This document shows positions 50,901 through 60,528 of a DNA stretch of 64,000 nucleotides, in pieces. The notes beneath the pieces are model-generated. The model was not told where the DNA came from, made no database searches, and was given only the letters and a program-made list of their open reading frames with translations. The position numbers and the translations under genes are program-made. Position 1 is the first letter of the stretch. Each line of letters begins with the position of its first letter. Source of the stretch: Candidatus Bathyarchaeota archaeon (GTDB lineage Archaea; Thermoproteota; Bathyarchaeia; Bathyarchaeales; Bathycorpusculaceae); the NCBI GenBank assembly GCA_963806535.1, contig CAWDYC010000006.1, forward strand, positions 64,001 through 128,000, read 5' to 3'.

Positions 50901-52124
50901 AACTATAAAGTAAAGTCAAATGTGGCAACCATCAATGTTTATTCGCAGCCTTCTGTAGTGATTAGTCCAGTTTCAGTAAGTATGACTGTTGGAACCGTGC
51001 AGCAGTTCACTTCTTCTACAGTGGGTGGCTTAATCCCTTACACTTACCAATGGTACCTGAATGACTCCGCTGTCTCAGGAGCCACTACCAGCACCTGGAA
51101 CTTTACGCCAACAGCAGTTGGACACTACAAAGTCTATCTCTATGTAACTGATGCCCTAAACGTCAGAGTACAATCGAACATTGTAACTAACATTGTAGTT
51201 AATGCTCTCCCAACGGTTACGATTACTCCAACAAACGTAAACATGACTGTTGGCGGGTCGCAGATCTTTAATTCAAATGTTGTAGGCGGCACTACACCTT
51301 ATTCCTATCAATGGTACCAAAATAGCACAGTCGTATCAGGGGCTACAAGTGCAAGCTGGAACTTTATGCCAACAACCGCTGGAACCTATGTCATCTATGT
51401 AAAAGTTACTGACATCGACAACACTGCTGCAAACTCTAACACAGCCACAGTCAAAGTCTACTCACAACTAATCGCAACAATCAACCCTACTAACGTTACA
51501 ATGTACTTTGGTCAATCACAAACTTTTAACGCGTCCGTCAATGGAGGCAAAGCCCCATACACTTATCAATGGTACCTCAACGGCACGCTCGTTCAGGGAG
51601 CAACCAACACAAACTGGACCTTCACACCTAATGCAAACGGCAACTACCAGATTTACGTTTACGTTACAGATAGTCTTGGAAATCACTCTACATCCAACAT
51701 AGCCACACTCAACGTTTGCTCAGTCTATCTTATGCTCAGTACCGATCAACAGAACTACTCAAAAAGCCAAAATCTAACCTTCACAGTGACAGTGTTAAAC
51801 CAGCAAAACCCACTGCTAGAAAGCAGCCTATCTCTAACTGTTACGGGTCCTGGAGGCTACAGCTTCTACGATTTTCAACCCATAAATGTCTCCGCTAATG
51901 GAGTTGGCGAGTACACTTTTACCTGGACTGTTCCCAACGTAGACGGCGTATATGTGGTAGAGACAAGTCTGACTCCTACACAGTTAACGGCTTATGACGC
52001 AAAATATCTAAAAGTATCCGAATCCACTCGGATCATCGCAGGGGAACAGTTTGGTTGTTTTAAAAGGTCTGCTGAGCCAGGTTTCTGTTATTTCTGTTTT
52101 TGTGGGAAGTCAAGTCTTTGTTAG
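47991..52124 (+). CDS. Giant secreted protein: Kelch propeller + GH43/GINT1-N-like propeller + Ig/PKD-like repeats
   Basis: YIFGG...YNP..DSW Kelch repeats; ADPFMF...WYMFFE...FPYVF...YYLMPE; repeated GG.PY.YQWY...GTY.IY..VTD units. Confidence 0.85.
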   Translation: MMVGFIGKAYKDMSFPNRQIARALKKPAICILVFLTLSVVFTNVHAATTGMWTTKAPIPVNRADVPAVPYNNMLYIFGGYEHSYGGGQAEVYAYNPATDSWAQKASMNYARWGEAAAALNGFAYVFGGDNGADVYPVEAYNFASNSWTIKNDLPSDLVGQGEMAVAVGSLIYVFGGWSGQSAYSYNPSTDSYTQLANIPYSTRWGECAYVNVNGQDRIYIMAGFTSGVAEVNTMYYYTPANNQWTYAGTTPYAEFGGLRDNPVINGLIYFGYGQASNLGTFYSNLYTYDPNTATWTQLPSGTYQRDGVGCAVVNGNLYVIGGRNSYTPDIPGLNYNEQYSSGSLSVSISPTHVIMYLNQTKTFTSSVSGGTAPYSYQWYLNSNAVQGAKSSTWNFTPTQTGTYNVYVTVTDNLNNHAQSNIVNNIIVNPPLQQTPLVPDWSNVTQDFFTLVPGTVEPVLSGASVTDRTADFVADPFMFHEGNTWYMFFEVGQNNGEYSEIGLATSPDGFTWTYQQIVLSEPFAMAFPYVFKWQGNYYLMPETYSENEVRLYEATNFPYDWTFVNNIISGQSFIPVDSQIFRYNNLWWMFTGDDRNCYVFYSNNLIDPSAWHMTSYSPIVTDDSSEARGGGRTIVFDNGTIIRLTQMNNESYGQAVRAFQVDTLTLTSFSEHEIPQSPIVEATNSPDGGWNYYAMHTVDPWWTGNGWIACVDGGGDDWWTIGIYVSPLNATISPTQVRMDLSQKQVFTASAYGGTPPYTYQWVLNGTNVSGATGSTWSFTPTQTGHYNVYVTVTDSFSTQVQSNIVNNITVYNPPSVSISPSSPKITLGASQLFSSTVSGGVTPYTYQWYSNNTAVPNAINPTFNFTPNAVGTYNIFLNVTDNSSYKIQSNTVVLTVYSQPSVTISPNSVNMTINATQQFTSTVAGGLSPYNYQWYYSNGTAITGATTSTLSFKANSTGTYNIYLNVTDSLNYKVKSNVATINVYSQPSVVISPVSVSMTVGTVQQFTSSTVGGLIPYTYQWYLNDSAVSGATTSTWNFTPTAVGHYKVYLYVTDALNVRVQSNIVTNIVVNALPTVTITPTNVNMTVGGSQIFNSNVVGGTTPYSYQWYQNSTVVSGATSASWNFMPTTAGTYVIYVKVTDIDNTAANSNTATVKVYSQLIATINPTNVTMYFGQSQTFNASVNGGKAPYTYQWYLNGTLVQGATNTNWTFTPNANGNYQIYVYVTDSLGNHSTSNIATLNVCSVYLMLSTDQQNYSKSQNLTFTVTVLNQQNPLLESSLSLTVTGPGGYSFYDFQPINVSANGVGEYTFTWTVPNVDGVYVVETSLTPTQLTAYDAKYLKVSESTRIIAGEQFGCFKRSAEPGFCYFCFCGKSSLC

Positions 52125-52211
52125 TGTTTACTCTTTACGGTTGTCTCCGGAAAAAGGTACAAAACTACGGAAATTCTCGCGTACCTGGTTAAGGCGGCGG
52201 ATTAACGAGCC

Positions 52212-52607
52212 CTAAGGACCTGACCTTGGCGGCATCATGTTGCCCAATAATTGAGTCAGATCCGGCACAGACATCGGATCATCTTCCACGATCTTCCCGT
52301 TCGCGAGACGATAATACGTAATAGCTCGGGCAGTGGCTTTGTTCCCATTGGGGAGGGTTACGTTCAATTGGCCCCGGAAAACGACCGAATCGTTTTCAGC
52401 GATTAGATCCTCGATTTCAATATCTAGTACAAGCTTGGCAGATTTCATGTTAGAAATCAACGCTTTAAAGCCAGCTAAATCGATATTGCCCATTCCGCGG
52501 TTCACGTAATTCGGCGCAGCCAATTTGTCTAGGCGGTCGATATTGCGGCCCATCAAAATCTCCTTGACAAATTCACGGACCACAGCTTTGTTTTCATCAG
52601 TGGACAT
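52212..52607 (-). CDS. SnoaL-like ester cyclase / NTF2-fold protein
   Basis: MSTDENKAVVREF...IEDLIAENDSV...YRLANGKIVE. Confidence 0.85.
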   Translation of the reverse strand: MSTDENKAVVREFVKEILMGRNIDRLDKLAAPNYVNRGMGNIDLAGFKALISNMKSAKLVLDIEIEDLIAENDSVVFRGQLNVTLPNGNKATARAITYYRLANGKIVEDDPMSVPDLTQLLGNMMPPRSGP

Positions 52608-52814
52608 TTTGGATTCTCCTCTGCTTCAAAAAGTGGACACGGTTAATAATAGTATGTTAGTGTGATGTTGCAGTCACAAACTTGAGCGTGTACTTAATTT
52701 AGGGACGAAGCGGCGCACAATAAAGCCCAAACCAGGCGATTGGTCGTTGCGAAATTAGTTTGAAAAGCAACTGATGTTTTTGGATCAAATAAATTTAAAT
52801 GTTTATTTCTTGGA

Positions 52815-53513
52815 GTGGCGAACTTAGACCTAATGTATCTTCTTGGTCACATTGCAATAGGGTATCTTATTGCTTGGGGTTTTGCTAGGTGGCGGAAGGA
52901 GAAGCTTTCGTTGTGGTTGGCTTTTACTGTCGGGATTGTTCCTGATTATGATATTCTGTTTCGCGGGTTGGGGCTGGTTCATCACACGTATACACATTCT
53001 CTTCTCTTATGGGCTCCAGTGGCAATCGCCTTAGTGTTATGGAATAGAAAGTCTCTGCCCTATGTGGCTGGTATTTTGTCGCATCTTTTGATAGGGGACT
53101 TTCTGGTAAGCAGCATTCCCATTCTTTTGCCGCTGAGCAATATCTCGGTCGGGTTGAGATTTGGCATGCCCTCGTTTGTTGATGCGATTCTGGAATCTTC
53201 CTTCCTTGCATTGATGTTTCTGCTAATGTGGTGGAACGGAGACCTCCGTAGAATGCTAAGCGGACAAAAGGCGAACTTACTGATAGTTGTCCCACTTGTG
53301 TCAATGGCCTCACTGACCTTGATAGCCGCTAAAACGCCCAATGTGGAACAATTAGTGGCGTTTGGTTTCTCTAAGCTGGAGCTTGAGGTTGTGTCGGTGG
53401 GTCAGATTTTGCTAATGATTTTATTCATAACATCCATTGCGCTTACATGCATCAAGATAGCCAGGTCCCAGAAAAGGCATGAACTACAAAAGAAAGGCTT
53501 AAAGCCCGGCTGA
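52815..53513 (+). CDS. Membrane-bound metal-dependent hydrolase (YdjM/DUF457-like)
   Basis: GHIAIGY, PDYD, HHTYTHS and SHLLIGD motifs. Confidence 0.8.
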   Translation: MANLDLMYLLGHIAIGYLIAWGFARWRKEKLSLWLAFTVGIVPDYDILFRGLGLVHHTYTHSLLLWAPVAIALVLWNRKSLPYVAGILSHLLIGDFLVSSIPILLPLSNISVGLRFGMPSFVDAILESSFLALMFLLMWWNGDLRRMLSGQKANLLIVVPLVSMASLTLIAAKTPNVEQLVAFGFSKLELEVVSVGQILLMILFITSIALTCIKIARSQKRHELQKKGLKPG

Positions 53514-53565
53514 AAACAAAACGTTTTTTACTAGTCTTATTTTACCAAATCATCCGAGCTTTCAT

Positions 53566-54150
53566 TCAGAACTTTTTTTGATTTTTTCGAAAATTCAAAG
53601 TCAAGATTACTGCACTTAAAGCGGCTCCGGCTGCTATAGCTCCATAGGCTACTTCATGAGCTGCATTATAGCTTAGTATGAAAAATGGAGCGAATATGGG
53701 CAACCCAAAAAAGTCACTCGCAACTCCTAAAGCATAAAAAATTAAACCTGCTGCTGCAATCAACGAAACAAGCAGGATTCGTTTCTGGCGCATATTTTCA
53801 ATTGGCGTTTTGATTGGTGTATTTTTTTTCAAGGCTTGGTCCATGAGAATTTGCGGTGTGATTTCATTACATTTATTCTGGAGAGTCAGGATTTCTGATT
53901 TCAAAAGTTCAATTGCTTTCCATCTTTTGTCCATTTCTTGTATAACTTTGGATCGAAGGACTTTTTCTGATGCTTGCAAGTCTCGTTTTTGAAGGTTTAA
54001 CTCTTGTTTTTCTGCTTTAATTCTTTGAACAGATGATACTAATTCGGGAACACTGGTCATACTTGAAGAATCCTCAGTTGCAGGCTGATCTAAATCTATA
54101 AGTATTTTGTTTGATTCTGATAACCGTTCTTTTTGAGGAAATTCTGCCAA
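53566..54150 (-). CDS. Coiled-coil + two-TM hypothetical protein
   Basis: TM region homologous to 60109-60423 (LIFYA.G.A...F.I.S..AAH.VA). Confidence 0.6.
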   Translation of the reverse strand: MAEFPQKERLSESNKILIDLDQPATEDSSSMTSVPELVSSVQRIKAEKQELNLQKRDLQASEKVLRSKVIQEMDKRWKAIELLKSEILTLQNKCNEITPQILMDQALKKNTPIKTPIENMRQKRILLVSLIAAAGLIFYALGVASDFFGLPIFAPFFILSYNAAHEVAYGAIAAGAALSAVILTLNFRKNQKKF

Positions 54151-54506
54151 TTTAATCCCTATTTTAGTATTAAAATATCGTGTTTTATTTTAAAGATTAT
54201 GAAATATCAGTAACTACCTCAAATCAGTAGGATAAATCATTTTCACTAAACCTTTTTCAAACTAGACAATGACCGTTTGGAATATCGTCATAACGGCTCA
54301 GCACCCATCCTAATGCATCGAAAACAACGTAAAAACGGCTAACCTAAAAAATTAATTCCCATTTTTTAGCCTACAAATGCATTTGAAAATAGATGGGCTA
54401 AGTAAGCTCCGGTTTGATCATAATGATGCATTATCCTGGCACATTTGCATTTTCATGTTTTCTCCTAAAGTAGGTTTCCAGAGCCTCAACTCGCAATAAT
54501 TTCTTT

Positions 54507-54686
54507 CTAATCAGTAAAAACTAGTTCTCCGCCACACATGGGGCATTCTAAAGGCAGTTTCATCTGCATTGACAATAGTTCGCATGAACATGGGAAGCAG
54601 AAGTAGATTTGGCATTTGGGACAACATTTGGATGCTCCGCCTATATATCTTCCGCAAGAACTGCAGGGACTAGACAAATCAACCAT
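54507..54686 (-). CDS. Small Cys-rich RING-like zinc finger protein (59 aa, not in ORF track)
   Basis: MVDLSSPCSSCGRYIGGASKCCPKCQIYFCFPCSCELLSMQMKLPLECPMCGGELVFTD. Confidence 0.65.
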   Translation of the reverse strand: MVDLSSPCSSCGRYIGGASKCCPKCQIYFCFPCSCELLSMQMKLPLECPMCGGELVFTD

Positions 54687-54807
54687 AAGTTTCCTTCAAG
54701 CTAACTTCAAGATAAAGCCGTTGGCGAAACGACCTTTCATTGCAGTAGAGAGGTGGATTGAAGTGAAATAGTATCGTCTTTTTTTCAGACTTTAGATTAA
54801 TTTTTGA

Positions 54808-55218
54808 TTAACTTTTTTCGGGAGGTATTTCACCGGACGAAGGCAAATGAGGCTTTCTGACCAATGTTGATTTATCTGTTGAAGCTAACTCAAAATTGGT
54901 TGAATTTTTTATGGCTTTTCTGGGGCAGTCTTCAACACATTTATTGCAGAAGATGCATTTGGCAAGATTGAATTGTGGATACTGTTTTCCCTCTACATTA
55001 ATCATTTCGATTGCCTTTGCTGGGCAACTTCGGCTACATTGACCGCAGCTGACGCAGAGTTTAATGTCAAATACTGGCTCGCCTCGAAAGTCGTCAGACA
55101 ATTTTGGTTTCACAAAAGGATAGCCTTCGGTTGCTGGTTTGCTAAAGATATTTGAAACCGCCTTCTTGGTAAGTGGAGATATGCGACGAGTTTTCTTACC
55201 GTTTTTCCTGTTTTGCAT
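54808..55218 (-). CDS. 2x[4Fe-4S] ferredoxin-like protein (NuoI/HycF/EchF-like)
   Basis: CVSCGQCSRSCP and CIFCNKCVEDCP; KPATEGYPF...FRG N-terminus. Confidence 0.85.
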   Translation of the reverse strand: MQNRKNGKKTRRISPLTKKAVSNIFSKPATEGYPFVKPKLSDDFRGEPVFDIKLCVSCGQCSRSCPAKAIEMINVEGKQYPQFNLAKCIFCNKCVEDCPRKAIKNSTNFELASTDKSTLVRKPHLPSSGEIPPEKS

Positions 55219-55284
55219 ACAAAGAATTAGTTCTGGATTGTTTTATTTTTTACGATTTTGTGGCTCCTTTGCCTGAATGACCTG

Positions 55285-55374
55285 AACTTTTTTGGACTTC
55301 ATTCGACTCAACCTGCAACCGATTTAAGCCCTAAATCAAAAAAGCAACTTGAAACACAAACACCAAAATTTGCC
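55285..55374 (+). repeat. Decamer-array + tail element, copy F
   Basis: AACT/GACT at 55285/95/305, then CAACCTGCAACC...AAAAAAGCAACTTGAAACACAAACACCAAAATTTGCC. Confidence 0.85.
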
Positions 55375-55490
55375 TTCTTTTCACAGTGTTCTTTCAAACA
55401 CCTCACAAAACGCGTTATGATTGTGTTTTTGCCTAATTTTTATAAATGCCGTGGCGATTCCAGAGTTCAAGACTTCAGGGTGAAATACGG

Positions 55491-56159
55491 TTGGCGATTT
55501 TAACTGCATCGGACATTTGGAAGACATACGTTGATGACCAATTCGTTCTGAAGAACGTGCAGCTTACTTTAGACGAAGGTGACTTTACTTCAATACAGGG
55601 ACGATCTGGCGCCGGAAAATCCACTCTTCTTAGGATCGTAGGTCTTTTAGAAAGGATGGATCGAGGAGAACTTTATCTTTTTGGTCAAGCCACAAACGGT
55701 TTGAGCGAGAAACAGCGTGCAAAAATTAGACTTGAGAAGATTGGGTTTGTTTTTCAGGCTCTCAATTTGATACCTCACATAACCGCGACTGAGAATATTG
55801 AGGTTCCTTTGTGGCTGAAAAAAGTAAATGCTGCTAAGAGAAAAGAGAGGGCTTTGGATTTGCTTAGTAAGTTTGGGTTGAAGAGTTTGGCGGATAGGTT
55901 TCCGCATCAGATAAGTCTTGGTGAGCAACAGAGAGTGGCGGTGCTTAGGGCGTTAGCGAATGAGCCTTCCTTAATATTGGCTGATGAACCGACGGCGCAT
56001 CTTGATGAGGATAACGCGGAGATTTTGTTTGACTTATTAAGGCGGTTGAACAAGGAATTCGGCACATCTATCTTGATGACGACGACTAGTGTTGAGGAGT
56101 CGGATGTGGCTAGAACCCGATATCATCTTACGCATGGAACTCTCGAAATCAAAACGTAA
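55491..56159 (+). CDS. ABC transporter ATP-binding protein (LolD/MacB-like)
   Basis: GRSGAGKST, GFVFQ, ISLGEQQRV, ILADEPT; SD GGGTGA before TTG at 55491. Confidence 0.9.
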   Translation: MAILTASDIWKTYVDDQFVLKNVQLTLDEGDFTSIQGRSGAGKSTLLRIVGLLERMDRGELYLFGQATNGLSEKQRAKIRLEKIGFVFQALNLIPHITATENIEVPLWLKKVNAAKRKERALDLLSKFGLKSLADRFPHQISLGEQQRVAVLRALANEPSLILADEPTAHLDEDNAEILFDLLRRLNKEFGTSILMTTTSVEESDVARTRYHLTHGTLEIKT

Positions 56160-56175
56160 GAATGATGACCCTGCG

Positions 56176-57356
56176 CTAGTCATCGGGTGTTTCTTCAAAG
56201 TTGATTCTCCAGACACTAACCAACACGGTTGATACGATGAGGGCTACGGAAAATAAGAGAACCAACGGATTGAAGGACACAACCATTGTATGAAAGAGAA
56301 CCTGCAAATATCCTGTGTTTGTGAATACCATTAGCAAGCCGTTTGCCAAAGAATATCCCAAGATGCCGAAGACAAGAGCAAGAGTAGCGGCAAAGGCAGA
56401 AAACAGACCAACTTTCCTTCGCTTGGTAATGCCGAGCGAAGTGAGTACTGAGAAGAGACAAAAGTTCTCTTTGACTCCCCATGCTAGACTGTAGTAAAGT
56501 GAGAGGATTGATCCGGTGAAGACGACGAGGAAGAGTGCCCAAAGGGCGGTTTCGGATAAGCCGATGCTTCTTGAAAGTATTTGGCTCATGGCGTCAAGCG
56601 GATTGCCCACTAAATACTGACCGATGTTTGTTATACTCGTTATGGGAAGATTCTGCAGTGCGCCGTTTGAGTTTGAAGTGCTGTTTGTTTGGCTGCCTGT
56701 AATAAGATTCTGGATGGAACTGAAATGAAATGTGGCGGGGTCAACTTTCATCCTTATTATTGAAACATAGTTTTCTGTTGTTCCACGCATCATCTGTCCT
56801 ATTGGGAGAGAAGTGATGAGTTCATCGTTGAGTGCATCATTGGTGTTGAAAACTCCGGAGAGCGTTATGGTGCTGGAGAAGTTTCCAAATGAAGATTGAA
56901 CTGTAATATTTTCGCCCGCGGTCAGGTGAAGACGGTTTGCTAAACGCTGACCAGCCATAGCGCCGATGCCTAATTGGTCATTAGACCAAACTCCTGAGTC
57001 CAAGCGTCGAGTCGTCTAATTCCTTTAAGAGACTCATGTTCATGCCTCTTAGGTAGATAATTTGGCCGTTAACTGCAATTGAGGCGAGAACTTCAGGACT
57101 CACAATTTGAACCCCAGGCGCGCTAGCTCAGATTTGTTGCTAACTGGATTGGGATTAAGCTTGTTTGGGGCAGTTGTGAGTTGTTTGAATAAAGTGCGAT
57201 GACGTTATTGCGTTCGCCGATTGAATAGGGGACAGTTGACAAAGCCCCCATCAAGAGCAAGCCTGTCGTTGAGGTTACGGCGGAGACGGTAAGCACGCAG
57301 ATTGCAAAGGGAATCAGGGCGCGTTTTGATAGAAGCCGCAGGAAGAAACGAACCAT
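56176..57356 (-). CDS. FtsX-like ABC permease (frameshifts near 57120 and 57010)
   Basis: N-terminal TM, G..LA.RL.L..GE.I extracellular domain, C-terminal TMs with L..LG.TK. Confidence 0.65.
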
Positions 57357-57364
57357 TTAGTCAT

Positions 57365-57943
57365 TTACGCTCCTGACACATCTAGTCGCCTGGTTTTTAA
57401 TACGAAATATAAACCGCCTGCGAAGACGGCTGTAAAGGTGAGGGCAAGAAGGTTTAGCAAATCCGTTAGCAGGAGAGTTGGAATTGCGTAGGGCGCTTTT
57501 ATTACGTATGCTGCGAGTCTGTAGGCCATTTGGGATGCGACTAGTCCGCCGGTCCATCCGAAGAGCCAGCTTAAGGTTGCTAGAAGTAGTAAGCGAAGGG
57601 TAATCATTGCTCGATACATTTTTTTTGAGGAACCTGTTTGCCAGAGGATGCTCATGGTTGGAATCATGGAGCGAATTGATTGAAGGCCTACAACGTATGA
57701 GGATACTGCGAGGAGAGACCAGGCTGCTATAAGCCAAACCCAGAAGATACTTGTTAATTCGGATAGGAGACTTAGGGTTACTACTGCGAATCTTGAGGCT
57801 GTTCCGGTGTTGAAGAAGCTGTATGCCATGTTGCTTATGGATAAGCCGCTGGTGATTAAGCCGACGATGGTGGCTAGGGTTAGTATTTGTTTTATGAAGT
57901 CGTTGGGTCGGCCGATGCATAGGCGGAATGCAAGCGAAGACAT
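57365..57943 (-). CDS. FtsX-like permease membrane subunit
   Basis: Four TMs and an IL.QTGSSKK loop; co-oriented with the adjacent permease. Confidence 0.55.
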   Translation of the reverse strand: MSSLAFRLCIGRPNDFIKQILTLATIVGLITSGLSISNMAYSFFNTGTASRFAVVTLSLLSELTSIFWVWLIAAWSLLAVSSYVVGLQSIRSMIPTMSILWQTGSSKKMYRAMITLRLLLLATLSWLFGWTGGLVASQMAYRLAAYVIKAPYAIPTLLLTDLLNLLALTFTAVFAGGLYFVLKTRRLDVSGA

Positions 57944-58262
57944 GGCTTATTTCACTTTTCTGAACGGATTATGCTGGTTCTTAACTTATTAGTTGTTGCC
58001 TTCGTAAGGAATTAAATGCTAAGATCTACCCTTAGGCAAAATTGTTTACATTCAATAATTGAGACTTGGTTTTTCTATATCGCGTTTATGACAAGTGCCC
58101 ATTGCCAAAGCAGAAGAATTGTGCCCCCAGAGGTTTCTTCTTCTTTTGAAGCAGAGAAGAAGTAGGATGTGCTATTTCCAGCCGTCCTTCTTCTTCTATT
58201 AGAGAAAAACAACACCCAGTGCTAACACCAACTGTTATTGTTCTTTTTGAATAACGCAGTAC

Positions 58263-59873
58263 CTAAACCCAAAGTTTATCGTTCCCGTTAGAGTAAACAA
58301 GCGACATGCCGTAGCATAGTTTACTCGACCAGTCAGCAGGCAATGGTTCACCATAGGCAATCATGTCATAGCCATTTTTGGACATTAAATTGTAAGTAAA
58401 GAATGGTTCACCATTCCATGCTGAAACGCCAGTTAGGTAGGCATATCCATAGTTTATGTTTGGTTTAATTCCGAAGTAGTTGAAAAGCCCGTAGACATGA
58501 GAGTCTCCCAAAAACGTTGTGTTTGAAGGAAGAGAGGCATTAACCCAACTGGATGCAGACAAATCCGACGGTTTAAAACCCCATTCTCCGCCTAAAAAGT
58601 TGTTATTGTCAACAACCGCGGAATAGCTTTGGAAAGAAAGCGCAAAAACGATAATAAACAGAAAGGCAACCGCCAACGAAATCTTGGTCGCATGACGGAT
58701 TCTGCTTCCGCCTTTGACGAATCTAATCAAGCCAAAAGCGGCAAATATTCCAAGTGGCATAAAAAGAAATGTAAAGAGCCTGTAAATTATTCCAAAGCCT
58801 TCAGTGGATCCGAAGACACCAAAAGCCACCAACACCAAGATGACGCCAAGCCACAGCGACATGAAAGTGTATGATCGATTCTCCGATTTTTTTAGCAATA
58901 GATACCCTACAGCCGCCAACATGGCAACTGCAAAGTAAGGTGCCGCTTCCATAACCAGATCAGAGCTAAGTGTCGGGGCAAAAGGAAGGATTGCAGTTCT
59001 TGTTCCTACAGCAAGCAATGCAAAGGCAATGGCTATGGCGATGATTGGAATTGCCCAGCGTTTTGACGAAGTTTTTTGTCCAGAACTCAGTTGAAAACCC
59101 ACTTGAAACCCAGCGAGCAGACTGAGGAAGGCAAACAACGACAAACCATCACTCAAGCTAAAAGAAATCCCCACAGGCTTCGCGTTAAGGTAGATGAAAA
59201 AGTACGCGAGACCAACCAATCCCATAATTGTTGGGTAAAGCAGTTTTTCCGGTTGAAGCCTTTCACCGCGGGTCCGCATAAGCAGAGGAACAATGGAAAC
59301 TTCAGCCGCCAAAACGAAAAGAATAAACGCCAAAGCAAAATGCGCCAAAATTAGACCCAGAGAAACAAACGAAAAAAGAATCAAGTTAGGCATTTTTCCT
59401 TTTTTGAGAAGTAGTAATACGCCAATCATGAAGAGGGGAAGCGCAAAGGTTTCTTTGGTTACAGACGCTGTGAATATTGCGTCAAACGAGGCTGCAGCAA
59501 AAAGAATAGATGCCGCTGAGGCAAGAACGAAATTTCCCGTTAACTTTCTCACTACGACAAAAAGAAATAACGTGGTTAACGAGCTCACTAGCGGAATTAT
59601 TAACGGCATCAAATTCAAAGGCGCCACACCGAAAACCAAAGATGCCACGGCTCCAAAGACGCTTACTGCTGGCCAACAAATATTGTAGGTGTCGAAGGTG
59701 GGGTTGCCGACAAGTTGTGTCGGAGAATTGGATAGCAGCAGGTTTGAGTTTCTCATTAGGGTCCAGCTGTCTACTCCCCATGGTGCGCCAGTTACCAGAG
59801 TGGGGTAGATTCTGAGAGCCATGGCTATTAGCAGGGGTAAAAGGATTAGCAGTAGTTTCCATCCGAGGCGCAC
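58263..59873 (-). CDS. Polytopic GT-C-like membrane protein
   Basis: LRIYP...GVDSW, TKET, about 12 TMs, C-terminal soluble domain ending LVYSNG. Confidence 0.6.
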   Translation of the reverse strand: MRLGWKLLLILLPLLIAMALRIYPTLVTGAPWGVDSWTLMRNSNLLLSNSPTQLVGNPTFDTYNICWPAVSVFGAVASLVFGVAPLNLMPLIIPLVSSLTTLFLFVVVRKLTGNFVLASAASILFAAASFDAIFTASVTKETFALPLFMIGVLLLLKKGKMPNLILFSFVSLGLILAHFALAFILFVLAAEVSIVPLLMRTRGERLQPEKLLYPTIMGLVGLAYFFIYLNAKPVGISFSLSDGLSLFAFLSLLAGFQVGFQLSSGQKTSSKRWAIPIIAIAIAFALLAVGTRTAILPFAPTLSSDLVMEAAPYFAVAMLAAVGYLLLKKSENRSYTFMSLWLGVILVLVAFGVFGSTEGFGIIYRLFTFLFMPLGIFAAFGLIRFVKGGSRIRHATKISLAVAFLFIIVFALSFQSYSAVVDNNNFLGGEWGFKPSDLSASSWVNASLPSNTTFLGDSHVYGLFNYFGIKPNINYGYAYLTGVSAWNGEPFFTYNLMSKNGYDMIAYGEPLPADWSSKLCYGMSLVYSNGNDKLWV

Positions 59874-60108
59874 GTTGAGTACCTACACAGATAGATTTCA
59901 CTAAAAAGCCAATTAACTACAAAAGCTTTGTTGAAAGGTGACTGATTGTTTTTACTAAAAATTTAATGGTTCCGGCACGTTTTTGAAGTCCGAAAAAGAT
60001 ATTCTTTCTTGTTTTTTCCTCTGTATTTTCACTTTCGAGATTATCTGTTAATTCCTGGGGAATTGGCTGAAGGCTCGACACTAACTGATGCTTCATTTGA
60101 TTCTATGT

Positions 60109-60423
60109 CTAATCTTCAACAGTAACTGTTTCATCTAGTACTTTGTTTGCGGATTCAACTGATTTTTTGTTTGTTTCTGAAGCCATTGTTTTTCGTCTTT
60201 TCATAAGAAATATGGCTAGAATCACTATGTCCAGCGCAATCGCAGCTCCTATGGCGGCAAAAGCAGCGACATTATGAGCGGCGTCATTGCTTATTATCCA
60301 GAACATTGAGAATGAAGGATTCGCAAACAGGTTAGTTGCAATCCCAAAAGCATAAAAAATTAAGATGCCTACAAAAACTATCAATGCGATTTGCAGTTTC
60401 TCCATTGGGGATATTTTTCTCAC
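60109..60423 (-). CDS. Two-TM hypothetical protein (paralogue of 53566-54150)
   Basis: Shared TM hairpin motif; SD AGGTGA. Confidence 0.55.
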   Translation of the reverse strand: MRKISPMEKLQIALIVFVGILIFYAFGIATNLFANPSFSMFWIISNDAAHNVAAFAAIGAAIALDIVILAIFLMKRRKTMASETNKKSVESANKVLDETVTVED

Positions 60424-60528
60424 TTGTATTCACCTAAGGTTTGCTACATCGTTATGAGATTGAATTTTTCAAAATCTCTCAGAAATATCAATTTCTTGCC
60501 GATTACTTAAAAACATTGTGTGCTAGGC

